The notes under the pieces were generated by a model that did not search any database, had not been told where the DNA came from, and was given only the letters and a program-made list of their open reading frames with translations. A stretch of 27,728 nt of DNA, taken from assembly GCF_006345805.1 (NCBI RefSeq), contig NW_021833329.1, positions 1 to 27,728 of the forward strand, in the 5' to 3' direction. Shown in pieces: positions 10,152 to 22,373 of the stretch; position 1 is the first letter of the stretch; every line of letters starts with the position of its first letter. The stretch is from Octopus sinensis. Taxonomy: Eukaryota. Position numbers and translations under genes: made by a program.

Positions 10152-10245
10152 CGACGGGTTGGTCATAACTGGAATGTTCTTCCCTCATAGGTTTCGTTAA
10201 TGGCGAGGGAAGACTGAGGGTGGCCACACAATAGCAACAACAATT
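10152..10245 (-). mobile_element. Repeat family D fragment
   Basis: gggttggtcataactggaatg...cataggt... resembles the reverse complement of the 15275-15340 segment; highly degenerate. Confidence 0.4.
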
Positions 10246-10255
10246 GAAGGAATAA

Positions 10256-10367
10256 CTACCAACCACATGGTTTCGGGTTCAGTCCCACTGCGTGGCATCT
10301 TGGGCAAGTGTCGACCAATGCCTTGTGAGTGGATTTGGTAGACGGAAACTGAAAGAAGCCTGTCGTA

Positions 10368-10412
<45 letters not shown>

Positions 10413-10633
10413 ATGTGTGTGAGTGTTTGTGTATGTGTGTTTGTCCCCTAGCATTGCTTGACAACCGATGCTGGTCCCTTTCACTTAGCGGTTCGGCAAA
10501 AAGAGACCGATAGAATAAGTACTGGGCTTACAAAGAATAAGTCCCGGGGTCGATTTGCTCGACTAAAGGCGGTGCTCCAGCATGGCCGCAGTCAAATGAC
10601 TGAAACAAGTAAAAGAGTAAAAGAGTAAGAGTA
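10256..10633 (+). mobile_element. SINE family B, head-clipped, ~25-bp internal deletion
   Basis: gggttcagtcccactgcgtggcatcttgggcaagtg|tcgaccaatgccttgtgagtgg lacks the tcttatactatagcc block present at 9712-9735. The tail is (gtaaaaga)n. Confidence 0.9.
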
Positions 10634-10859
10634 AATCAGAACCATGTACCTCATCACATCACTACAAACACTACAAACACTACAAACCTCAGTCGGTCGA
10701 CACACCAAGGACCCCAGGATCCAAGGAACAAACAGATCAAACTACAATATCCACAGCTCACAAATGTAACACAAATGTTAACATCAATAGGATTTTTTTT
10801 TCGGTTTACACATGTATATATTTATATTTACTACACATGTAGTAAACAAAATCTAACTT

Positions 10860-11158
10860 GTACACACACACTCACACGCACATGTAACCTCCGCTCTATA
10901 CACATACAGAAGTAGCCTCAGCCATATGGATATGCCATATATATATATATATATATATATAAACTTACACACACACACGCACACATATATATATAGTGTA
11001 TGTGTGTGTATGTGTCTGTCTGAGAGCGGATGTGTGTAAATGTATATACGTATGCGTGCATGAGTATGTCAATAAATTTATATAGATACACGTATACATC
11101 CACATAGGCTGCACACACACGTATTTATATATGTATATTTATATATACATATAGATCT

Positions 11159-11209
<51 letters not shown>

Positions 11210-11440
11210 AATAGATGTATGAATATATATATATATATGTGTATATATAAATATATATATATATGTATGCATATATATATATGTATATATATTATATATA
11301 TATATATATATGTGTGTATATATATGTATATCTATCTCTCTCTCTCTCTATATATATATATCTCTACATATATACATGTATGCATATCTATATCTATACC
11401 TACTTCTATCTATCTATCATCTATATATATATATATATAT
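10860..11440. repeat. Complex (TA)n/(CA)n/(TG)n/(TC)n microsatellite field
   Basis: Direct sequence. Confidence 0.92.
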
Positions 11441-11566
11441 AAAGACATAAGCACAAAAACAAGAACACACAGGCAAGACTGTGTATGTATGCATGTACAG
11501 TGTGAGACAAAGACAGTAATCAGTTAATAGAATATCTGAACAGATAGACAGACCGACGACATGTAC

Positions 11567-11685
<119 letters not shown>

Positions 11686-11899
11686 TTAATATGTAGATAG
11701 ATAGATAGAAGGAAACACGACAAGACAGGATTCCGTGCATTCCATGTAACGAAGGATTCCATCACCGAGGATTTGCGGTGACCGTTGTGTGTTGGGTTGA
11801 GATGTGGTTTAGCCAGGGCAGTTGGATTTGTGGTGATCTTTGAATCGTCTGATCCTTCGCGCAACGGAAAAGCAAGAGGGCTTCTTTTCTGCTCCTTGC

Positions 11900-12030
11900 A
11901 ACCTGCTAGAAATAACAACCATGTGTCAGTCAGAAAATTATAATCATGCTTGTTACGACGTTCAAAATATTCCCGGAATACGAACTCGCAAGCCATGTGC
12001 CACAGATATCTTTGGCCAGGGTTGAACGGC
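11900..12030 (-). mobile_element. Repeat family D fragment
   Basis: cctgctagaaataacaacca is the reverse complement of ttggctgctacttctagcagg at ~15447-15467; a related piece (tctgctagaaatagcagt) lies at ~9548. Confidence 0.5.
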
Positions 12031-12099
12031 GATCTTTGTAACAACAACAGCGGCAACAACAACAACAATTATAGAGGTAGCAAATGATGTTAACCTTGA

Positions 12100-12267
12100 T
12101 AAAGTATGAGTATGTGTGTTCCTGAGTGAGAGTGAGTGACTTTGTGCATGCGTGCGTATGTGAGTCCGTGTGTGAGTGCGTGTGTGTATTTGTGTGTGTG
12201 GTTATTAGAAGTAGAACAGGCCAAGTTCAAAGCCGAACGAATTATGATGTATAAATAACACAAACGT

Positions 12268-12300
<33 letters not shown>

Positions 12301-12510
12301 CACACGCACGCACACACACACACATGTATATGTGCAAATTCATATCCACCTCGAGAATTAAGTGTATGTGTGTGTATGTGAGTGTTTGTGTGTATGCCTG
12401 TGTGTGCATGGATGTATGCATGTATATATGTATGTATGTATATATGTTTGTATGTAGGTATGTATATATGTATGCATATATGTATGTATATATGTATATA
12501 TGTATGTATG
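12100..12510. repeat. (TG)n/(CA)n/(TATG)n microsatellite field
   Basis: Direct sequence. Confidence 0.92.
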
Positions 12511-12744
12511 CTCAATTTGAAGACTCCACTAGAATGGACGAAAGCGCTGATATATGATATATGATATATGATTTATAAAACCATGTAACATACTAATAAA
12601 TATCTGTAAATATAAAACCATCCAGATTTCTGAGTACCTCATTTCTTCTAATATGTATGTCTGTGAATGGGTAAATATATACAGTCTGAAATATACGTAG
12701 TCCGATGATGACTTAGGTGGCCGAAACTTCAAAGTGACTGTCAA

Positions 12745-12768
12745 TACGATATATACATATATATATAA

Positions 12769-12810
<42 letters not shown>

Positions 12811-12895
12811 ATATGCATATAAATATGTAATTGTATATATATGCATACAATACTATATATACACAAATAAATATATGCAACTATATATATATATT

Positions 12896-12954
<59 letters not shown>

Positions 12955-13290
12955 ATAATATATATATACATATATTATATATGTCTGTGCATATATATGT
13001 ATGTGTATATATACATACCATGTAAAATCATGTAGCAACACCGAATGGCGGTGCCCCAGCATGGCCGCGCTCGTGTGCTGAAACTAGATGAAAAATATAC
13101 ACACATACATATATATGCACACATATATGTATACATATGTATTTGTATATGTATGTATGTACGTATGTATGTATGTATGTATGTATGTATGTATGTATGT
13201 ATGTATGCCCGTACGTATGTACGTACGTATATATGCATGTATGTCTATATGTATATGTATGTGTGTATGAATGCATATAGATGTATGTGT
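12745..13290. repeat. (TG)n/(TA)n/(TATG)n microsatellite field with a SINE-B 3' tail fragment at 13046-13095
   Basis: Direct sequence; ggcggtgccccagcatggccgc matches the family B tail. Confidence 0.9.
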
Positions 13291-13429
13291 AATGCATGCT
13301 AAGAATACAGATCGGACGTAAAGTTATTGGATTAACATGGAGCCACACAACGAAGCCAGCAGAACGAAATGAAAATGCATCCAGCAAAATAGCTGCAAGT
13401 TGCGTCCATCACCCTTCCACTCTCTCCCT

Positions 13430-13453
13430 CCCCCTCTCTCTGCCTGTCTCTCT

Positions 13454-13491
<38 letters not shown>

Positions 13492-13678
13492 ATCTCTCTT
13501 ACTATTTATAAATACATAAACGTTTGTACCAACACATGCACACGCAGAGCACATTGAGTATATAGATTTAGATATAGACATGTATGTGCCTGTTTCTCTC
13601 TTTCGCTATATACATACATGCATACAGACAGACATACGCACGTACATACAATCTTACATACGTAGATAAATAGACAGG

Positions 13679-13711
<33 letters not shown>

Positions 13712-13724
13712 CTGACTGACAGAC

Positions 13725-13761
<37 letters not shown>

Positions 13762-13851
13762 TACGCACACAGGCATATATAAGTATATACCTAGAGAAAC
13801 AGACAGGTAAGGTAAATAGATATATTCATACATACGTACATACATACATAC

Positions 13852-13885
<34 letters not shown>

Positions 13886-13930
13886 TGTGTGTGTGTGTGT
13901 ATGTATATATTATACATACACAGATACACA
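13430..13930. repeat. (TC)n, (GA)n, (GATA)n, (TA)n, (TG)n field
   Basis: Direct sequence. Confidence 0.92.
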
Positions 13931-14259
13931 TATATAGGTGTGTACACACAAGCACTCACACACTCTTACTCGCTAAATTGTTATATATATATATATTTAC
14001 ATCTGTAACTATTCAAAACCCACTCCTAAACGCCAAACGTTGGGTAAAAAAAAAACTCCAGCATATTTAACACACGGATTTTTTGTGACGCACACGCATT
14101 ACTTTTGGCATCAGCTGTTGAAATCTTTCTGGGTTTTCTTTTTTTTTTTCTTCCTGTAACTACATCTACTGTTACAAATACTTTCGTAGCTGCTGCTTCT
14201 GCTGCTGTTGTTGTGGTGGTTGTTTTTGATGTTATTGTTGTTGTTGTAAGTCCTGTTGG

Positions 14260-14316
14260 AGCCAGTGCTCTGATCAAAGTTATCGCACTCACCACCAGCC
14301 AGTCTCTGCTGCCTGT

Positions 14317-14355
<39 letters not shown>

Positions 14356-14485
14356 TTCACCCTCCCTCTGCTTTAACCACAGTGTATCTAGGACTACACG
14401 GTGCAATGTGTCCTTCCTAATTATATAAGACTGTAAGGCTATGACTTCAGAGAAATCTTGGTATTTCTAAAAGCTCGAAATACCA
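14260..14485 (+). mobile_element. Repeat family D, degenerate, with internal (TC)n
   Basis: gtgtatctaggactacacggtgcaatgtgtcctt matches gatgtatctaggactccatc...atgtgtcttt at 15374-15421. Confidence 0.55.
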
Positions 14486-14820
14486 TGCTGAAGCACACCA
14501 CCCGTTGTCGTCAAGGTTGAAAGTGATGTTGTTGTTATTGTGGTGGTGGTGATGGTGCTGTTGGTGGTGGTGGTGGTGGGTGGTAGCAGTAGTATTCTAC
14601 TATAATGTATGTGATATTGTTACTGGTGCTGATGATAGTGTTGGTATTGATGCTGGTGATGCTGGTGATGTTGGTGGTGGTGGTGTCGGTGGCAGAGGCG
14701 GTGGAAGTGTTTGTGGTATTGTGTAATTGTTGCTTATTATCTTGTTCTTGTTGTTGCGGTTGTTGTTGTTGTCGGTGGTGTTGGTGGTTGTATCATAATT
14801 AATATTTACACAAGCTGAAA

Positions 14821-15034
14821 GGCGGCGAGCTGGCAGAATCGTTAGCACGCCGGGCGAAATGCTTAGCGATCTGAGTTCAAATTCCGACGCGGTTAACTTT
14901 GCCTTCCATCCTTCCGCGGTCGATAAAATAAGTACCAGGGAAACACTGGGGGGCGGGCGATGTAATCGACTTACCCCACCCCACCCCGCTATCCCGAACT
15001 TACTGGCCTTGTGCCAAAATTTGAAATCAATATT
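14821..15034 (+). mobile_element. tRNA-derived SINE family A, both ends present, internal deletion between A- and B-box
   Basis: ggcggcgagctggcagaatcgttagcacgccgggcgaaatgcttagcg head, gagttcaaattcc B-box, ccttccatccttccgcggtcgataaaataagtacc core and ggccttgtgccaaaatttgaaa tail. Confidence 0.9.
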
Positions 15035-15269
15035 TAGACATGTTGTTGTTGTTGTTATTGTTTAACCCCAGGCTGGAGGAACAGTTGGAGACTCCTTCAT
15101 ATAGTATGTCCACTGTTCTTCTTGTTATTATTGCTGTTGTTGTTGTTGATGTTGTTGCCATTGTTGTTGTTGTTTAACCACCGGTCCAACGAGCACTTAC
15201 TCTTTTTTGTTCATATTCCTCCGTTGCTTCTGCTGCTGTTGTTGTTGTTGTTTATGTGGCTGCTGCTGT

Positions 15270-15480
15270 TATTTAACCACAGGTTAGCTCTCATCGAACA
15301 CAATCTGATCTCATCAAAGACAAGTTCCAATCGTGATTAGATTCTTCTTTGTTTATTGTATTTTTCCATACATGATGTATCTAGGACTCCATCATAACAA
15401 CGTGGCATTTCATGTGTCTTTCTGAGACAATAAGCTGGAGATTTTGTTGGCTGCTACTTCTAGCAGGTCGAGCGACTGAT
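15270..15480 (+). mobile_element. Repeat family D copy
   Basis: tttaaccacagg...gatgtatctaggact...ggagattttgttggctgctacttctagcaggtcgagcgac; pieces recur at 9548, 11900 and 14260. Confidence 0.6.
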
Positions 15481-15709
15481 CCTCCACAGAAGAATTTTCA
15501 TGTTTTTCATTGTATCTTGTTGTTGTTGTTGTTGTTGTTGCTTTTACTCATGTTTATCTTATAATAAAGAACTTCCTTTTCTTTCCATTCTCATAATCAT
15601 CATAAACATCATCATCGTCGTCATTATCATCATCATCACCATCATCACTATCATCACTATCATGCGTATCCACGTACATGAGTATGTGTATGATGGTAAT
15701 GAGTCACAA

Positions 15710-15805
15710 GATAACGGTGTATATATGTGAGTGTGGGTGTGTGTTTGTGTTTGGGTGTACGTATATATGTATGTATATATATACACATACATATATGTAT
15801 GTATG

Positions 15806-15840
<35 letters not shown>

Positions 15841-15929
15841 ATGTATGTATGTATATATATACACATACATATATGTATGTATATATATATATATATATAT
15901 GTATATGTATATATGTATATGTATGTATG

Positions 15930-15964
<35 letters not shown>

Positions 15965-16085
15965 ATATGTATGTATATGTATATGTATATATGTATATGT
16001 ATGTATATATATATATATATAATACATATATATATATTATATATTATATATATTATATATAATATATATATATATCATCATAAGA

Positions 16086-16155
<70 letters not shown>
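15710..16155. repeat. (TA)n/(TATG)n field with a 78-bp higher-order duplication
   Basis: acacatacatatatgtatgtat occurs at 15783 and 15861. Confidence 0.93.
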
Positions 16156-16156
<1 letters not shown>

Positions 16157-16414
16157 CTGTTGTGTCTGGGGACGTCGTTCTTTTTTTTTGGTGCCTCATA
16201 ATTTAACATGTTCACCGGTAAAATTTCCACTTATTCCTTTTTTATTTTTCAAAAAATGTTCGTTGCATCTTGCAACATTTTCAATAGTAGACCACTGAAA
16301 AGGTTGCAAGGCGCAACAAAAATTTTGCCCCTGGAGGAGACGCCAGTCCTTCGCGCGATTAACCGTTGCTACCAACCGAGTGGATTGGATTCTGGTAATG
16401 TGAAATAAAATGTG

Positions 16415-16508
16415 TTATTCAAGAACACAATCCATCGCCCGCTCCAGGAATCGAAACTACAATCTCACGATCATGAATGTTTCACCTTAGCCATTAAACC
16501 ATGCGCCT
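16415..16508 (-). mobile_element. SINE family C head
   Basis: ttattcaagaacacaa...ccaggaatcgaaac...ctcacgatcatga...agccattaaaccatgcgcct parallels 7425-7525. Confidence 0.7.
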
Positions 16509-16599
16509 ACACACGCACACACATTCAAAAACATGTGCGTGTGTGTGTGTGTGTGTGTCTGTGCGTGTGTGTGTGTCTGTCTTTGTGTCTTTATGATAG

Positions 16600-16787
16600 A
16601 ATTTTTCCCCGATCAGCCCTTGACGACCGGTGTCAGTTTGTTAACGTCTCTGTAAAAGAGACCGGTTGAGTTAGTAAAAGACAAAAAAAAAAATCCTGTG
16701 GTACTTGTTTTGCTTTGATTAAAACTTTCAATGTTGTGCCCCAGTATGACCGCAGTCCAATGACTGAAACAAGTAAACGATAAAACG
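16600..16787 (+). mobile_element. SINE family B-like 3' half, degenerate
   Basis: cttgacgaccggtgtc...gtgccccagtatgaccgcagtccaatgactgaaacaagtaaacgataaaac matches the family B tail. Confidence 0.65.
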
Positions 16788-16886
16788 CACGCACATACAC
16801 ACACACACGTGTGTGTATATGTATATATATATATATACATATATAGATACGTGTTTGTGTGTGTATGTGTGTGTGTGTGTGAGTTT

Positions 16887-17279
16887 AGGAGTGGCTGTGT
16901 GGTAAGTAGCTTGCTTACCAACCACATTGTTATGTGTTCAGTCCCACTGCGTGGCACGTCGGGCAAGTTTCTTGTACTATAGCCTCAAACCGACCAAAGC
17001 CTTGTGAGTGGATTTGGTAGAGAAACTGAAAGAAGCCCTTCTTATATATATGTGTGTGTGTGTGTGTCTGTGTGTGTGTGTTGTTTGTGGCTTTGTGTTT
17101 GTTCCCCCTCCCCTAAACGCTTGACTACCGATGCTAGTGTGTTTATGTCCCCGTAAATAAACGATAGAATAAGTACCAGGCTTACAAAGAATAAGTCCTA
17201 GGGTCGATTTGTTCGAGTAAAAGGCGGTGCTCCAGCATGGCCGCAGTCAAAAGACTGAAACAAATAAAAGAGTAAAAGA
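16887..17279 (+). mobile_element. SINE family B, near full length
   Basis: ggagtggctgtgtggtaagtagcttgcttaccaaccac head, gttcagtccc B-box, internal (TA)(TG)n and gcggtgctccagcatggccgcagtc...taaaagagtaaaag tail. Confidence 0.9.
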
Positions 17280-17329
17280 ATATATATATATATATATATA
17301 ATACATACACGTGTGTGTGAACATATAAA

Positions 17330-17365
<36 letters not shown>

Positions 17366-17624
17366 AACGAGAAGGAGAGAGAGAGGGATGAGGAGACAGA
17401 GATAGAGAGAGGAGGACGGACAGGCAGGTGAATAGAAGTTTTTTTGTGTAAAAGCGTAATGCTATGAGAGTATTTACATCGAAAGTTGGTTAGTTTGGCG
17501 TTGTTATAATAAATACAAGAAAACCCAGAGTTTGATGTGTTCAACCATAAGTAAAAAAAAGTGCGTGGTGCTTGTATTGAGGGTATTACCTGGAAGACAG
17601 GGCATTTGGGGTTGCCGTTTCTCT

Positions 17625-17740
17625 GTGATGATGATGATGAGGATGATGATGAGGATGATGATGATGTTGATGATGATGATGAAGATGGTAGTGATGGTGG
17701 TGATAACGACCAGGACGATTGTGTTGTTATTGCTGTTGTT

Positions 17741-17771
<31 letters not shown>

Positions 17772-18080
17772 GCGTCGTCGTCGTCGTCGTCGTTGCTATA
17801 GCGGTTGTTGCTGTTCTTGTTGCTTCACCTCGTTTGACCACGTACATATACATCCGCGCTGTGAGAAGAGAAGAAGGAAAAAAAGCAAAAAAGCAAAACC
17901 AAAAGAAAATATCAGAAGCAAGCGTTATTACTGCACACGCATCTGTTCGGGGGGTTTGCACAACTGGCAGCTGTAGCAGCAGCAGTAGTAGTAGAAGCAG
18001 CAAGCAGCAGCTAGTAGTAGTAGTAGTAGTAGTAGTAGTAGGGGTGGCGGCAGCGGCGGTGGTAGTGGGCGGCGGCGGCG
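17625..18080. repeat. (GAT)n, (GTT)n, (GTC)n, (AGC)n, (TAG)n, (GGC)n trinucleotide patchwork
   Basis: Direct sequence; source of the 399-aa and 195-aa homopolymer ORFs. Confidence 0.92.
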
Positions 18081-18382
18081 GTGCAGTTGGAATAGTTGAG
18101 GCGAGAGGTAAAACGGTTGTGGACGAACGATGGCTATTGTACAAGTAATAACAGTTTGTTCTGGTTTTTTCCCCATCTGTTTGTGTGCGTATGTGTGTGT
18201 GTGAATATGTGTGTGTGTGTGTGTGAATATGTGTGTGTAAATGTGTGTGTGTGTGTGTGTATGTGTGAATGTGTATGTGTGTGTGTGTGTGTGTTCGTGC
18301 ATCGAAATAGTATTGTGAACAACCATCCTGCGCATTTGTAGCGCCTGTACACACGTATATGCATATACGCATATCTTTCACC

Positions 18383-19040
18383 CTTTACTTCTTTCAGTTA
18401 TTAGACTGCGGCCAGGCTGGGGCACCACCTTGACGGGTTTTGTCGAGCGAATCGCCCCCATTACGCCATTTTTTTTTACAAGCTGGTACATAGTCTATCG
18501 ATGATTTTTTGCTGAAACGCTAAGTTACGGACACGTGAGCAAACTAACATCGGGTGTCAAGCAGAAGTGGGAGACAAACACAATGGCAAACCCACATGCA
18601 TACATATATATATATATATATATACATATATGTGTGTGTGTGTATGTGTGTGTGTATGAATGTATGTGTATGTGTGTGTGTATGTTGTGTGTGTATATGT
18701 GTGTGTGTGTGTTATGTATACGGCGGATTTCTTCCAGTTTCCATCCACTCACAGATGTCTCGGTCTGTAGTCTTTTCTACTCTAGGCACAAGGCCCGAAA
18801 TGTTTGGGAAGAGGGTCAGTCGATAAGATCCACCCCAGTACGCAAAGTCGACCTCGGCGGAATTTGAACTCAGAACATAAAGACAGACGAAATACCGCTA
18901 AGCATTTCGGCCGGCGTGCCAATGTTTCTGCCACCTCGTAGCTTTGCTCTCGGTCTATAGTAGAAGACACTTGCTTAAGGTGCCACGCGGTGGAAACGAA
19001 TTCGAAATGTCTTTCGGAAGCAAATAAATACATGCCAAAC
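18383..19040 (-). mobile_element. SINE family B, interrupted by a family A insertion
   Basis: Reverse-complement tail tttactt.tttcagttattagactgcggccaggctggggcaccacc at 18386, (CA/TA/TG)n, ttcttccagtttccatccactcac at 18729, and ctatagtagaagacacttgcttaaggtgccacgc resuming at 18955. Confidence 0.8.
18771..18947 (-). mobile_element. SINE family A nested inside SINE B, with ~13-bp target-site duplication
   Basis: Insert runs tcttttctactctaggcacaagg...ttctgccacctcg. Flanks are tctcggtctgtag (18758-18770) and tctcggtctatag (18948-18960). Confidence 0.85.
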
Positions 19041-19046
19041 CGCTAG

Positions 19047-19113
19047 GTTACGGGAACGTAAACGCGCCAGCATTGGTTCTCAAGCGATGTTGGAGAGTCA
19101 AACATAGACACAC

Positions 19114-19168
<55 letters not shown>

Positions 19169-19290
19169 CGACGGGCTTCTTTTAGTTTCCATCTACCAAA
19201 TGGGCCCAATGTGCCATGCAGTGAGACTGAACCTGGAACTATGTGGTTGGTAAGCAAGCTAGCTACTTACCACACAGCCACTCCTGCGCC
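19047..19290 (-). mobile_element. SINE family B, 3'-truncated with internal deletion
   Basis: cgacgggcttcttttagtttccatctaccaaat...ctgaacctggaactatgtggttggtaagc...cacacagccactcctgcgcct is the reverse complement of the family B head and body. Confidence 0.88.
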
Positions 19291-19294
19291 TATA

Positions 19295-19295
19295 T

Positions 19296-19365
<70 letters not shown>

Positions 19366-20451
19366 GTGTGTGTGTGTGTGTATGTGTGTGTATGCCATTG
19401 CGTGTCTAGTTTTCATATTTCCTCTTTCTTTTTATATATGTTTACCTAGACTGATGTGTATAAACCTGCATGTTCGTTTGTACAAGTATGTGTCTGACTG
19501 TGTGCGTGTGTTCGTATATGTGTGTGTGTGTGTTCGTATATCTGTGTGTGTGTGTTTGTGAGTGTGAAAATATGTTTATATGTGATAAGGTGTGTTCCCA
19601 TCTTAGTTACGTGCAGGTGTGATAGAAAATGCACGCGGGTGTTACAGTGTTGCCGTGTGCGCGTGTGTATATACATGCGTGTGTGGATGTGTCTACGCGT
19701 GTGGGTGAGAGTATTTATTGCATGCATGCATGATCGCATGAGCGTGTACGTATACGGGGTATTAAGTGTATGCATTATATCGTGTTTAGCATGTGTGTGC
19801 GTGATAGCGTGTTTGTGTGTGTGTGTGTATGTGTGTGTGCTTGAGTGTAGCAGTATGTGCGTTCTTGTGTGTGTACAGTAGTAATTTTACGAGTTTTAGT
19901 AATAGCAAGGATGCGTGTGTGTATACATAAGACAGCTATAGTAGGTATGTGTGTGTAATTGTATGTGTGTGTGTGTGTTTATGTGTACGTGTGTCTGTCT
20001 ATGTGTCTGTCTCTATGTGTGTGAGCGTGTGTGTGTGCATGCAAGTGCGTGTGTGCATGCAAGAGCGTGTGCGTGTGTTGTGTGTGTGTGTGTGTGACAC
20101 TGGCTTTCACACTATCAATAATTTCTTTCGTATTTCCATTCAGTTTTCTAAGAGATATAACTGTTCGCACACACACACACATGCAGACACAAAAACACAG
20201 ACACACATGCCACACACACACATGCCCACACAGGCATAAATACACACTTGCATGTTCGCAACAATACACACTTCACACCCTGATCCATAATCGCGCTTAA
20301 TAAATATGGAAAAACAGCTGTTGATACATGCTTGCAAATATACATACATGCGTATACAGACCAAATGCATATACATAGAAACACACACATTCATATAAAT
20401 GTACGCACCTATATATACATACAGACAGACTTACATACATGAATACAATTA

Positions 20452-20498
<47 letters not shown>

Positions 20499-20669
20499 TT
20501 TATTTATATTTATATTTGTATATATATATATATATATGCATACACACATAGCGCATACGTATGTAGGTGCGTATCTCATTCATGCATGTATACATATATG
20601 CATACACGACACACACTTAATTCCATCATACACGCGTTCATATATGTATGCATGCATGCGTAGATAGAC

Positions 20670-20758
<89 letters not shown>

Positions 20759-20810
20759 TGCGTATACATACATTTACTGATGCATCCATGCATGCACACA
20801 CATTCTCATA
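19295..20810. repeat. Extended degenerate (TG)n/(CA)n/(TA)n field including (GATA)n at ~20660-20758
   Basis: Direct sequence. Confidence 0.92.
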
Positions 20811-20904
20811 CCTAAAATGTATAGAAATGTGTCCAGTGGGGCGGAACCACGCCCTCTTCGAACCGGGTGTGTGATTGAATGCGTGGTGGTAAAGTTGGGT
20901 CCTG

Positions 20905-22330
20905 TTCGTGGTGGTGGTGGTGGTGGTGGTGGTGATGGAAGCGGTGACGACGATAGTGGTGGTTGTGATGATGGTGCAATTGCTGTTACCGTTCTTCTTG
21001 ATGAAAATGTTGGCGGTGATGGTGGCCGCCGTCGTCGTCGGCGTGGTAGCTATCGTAAACCAAGTGACCAGCTAAACCAACCAACCAGCCAGCCAGCTAG
21101 CCAACACGCCAGCCGACTGACTAAAAAGTATCCAAGATCGCCCCCCCCCCCCCCTACCATCTCCACTACCACTACCACCACCACCACCGCCGCCACCTGC
21201 ACTACCACCGCAACCACTTTCACCTGCTCGCCCACCTCCACGCCTACCCGCCCGCCCGCTCGCTCGACGGAACCGACTCACCCACAAGCCAACCCACTAT
21301 CCAATCCCTCCGCTGAAACAACCGACCGACCAACCAGCCATCAAGACAATCAGTCAGTCAGCCAGACAGCCAACCAACCAACTAACCAGCCAGCCAGCCA
21401 GTTTCGCCTACCGACACACCAGCCTGCACGTCAGGCTGTTAACCGACGTTACCAGCCGCCACACCGGCCAACCAGCCGCTCTCTGCCAGCCAACCAGCCT
21501 TCTCTTACTGCTAAAGTCGCTTCCACCATCCGAGTGTGCTCACGTTTTACCACGAGAGAGAGAGAGAGAGAGAGAAAGAAAGAAAGAGAGAGAGATACAG
21601 ACAGACAGGCAGACAGAGAGAGAGACACAGTAGAGACCAACCCCAATCAAACTTATCTTCATAACAACAACAACAACAACAGCGATTATCAACAACAAAA
21701 ACTGCAACAAGTACGGCCATTGGCGGAGAGAGAGAATATTTGTGACAACGGCCTTAATGCGATCCAACTAACTTTGGGGAACAACAACAACAACACCTAC
21801 AACTTCTCCGCCGACCATCTGACTGTGTCGTCGTCATCATCATCATCATCATCATCATCAGCATCAGCATCGTCGACGACATCATCATAATCGTTGCTAC
21901 TATTATCAGCATCCTCATCGTAATCATCATTGTCGACGGCAAATGTAAACAAACACAGTACTGCTTCTTAGCATAATCGCCATCGCTACCACTACCACCA
22001 CCGCCACCACAACCACCGCCACCGCCACAACCACCATCGCCGCCACCACTTCCACGATTACCTTTACCACAAGAACAAGAATAAGGACTATCTCTACAAC
22101 AACAACAACAACAATTATTACGAGTATTACCACAGCTGCTGCAGCTGCTATCGCCGCCGTCATCATCGTCGTCGTGGTGGCCACTTGAAGCGCCTCCCAC
22201 TATCACTACTATCACAGCTGCCACTACGAAGACCACCACCACCACAACCACAATCATCACCACCACTACCTCCACCACCACCACCACCACCTACGCCGCT
22301 ACAACAACTTGTTCGTATTAACTACAACTG

Positions 22331-22373
<43 letters not shown>

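Noticed and set aside
10661-10687. 9-bp tandem actacaaac x3
   Set aside because: Ordinary short slippage repeat with no further structure.
17182-18381. 399-aa minus-strand ORF (and the 195-aa plus-strand ORF 17561..18148)
   Set aside because: Built from (CA)n, (ACT)n, (AAC)n and (TCA)n plus a SINE tail. Homopolymer runs appear in all frames and no domain is recognisable.
20817-21890. 357-aa ORF as a real protein-coding gene
   Set aside because: Poly-G/R/P/T/N/S and ERER runs map onto microsatellites, with no recognisable domain. Kept only as a low-interest finding.
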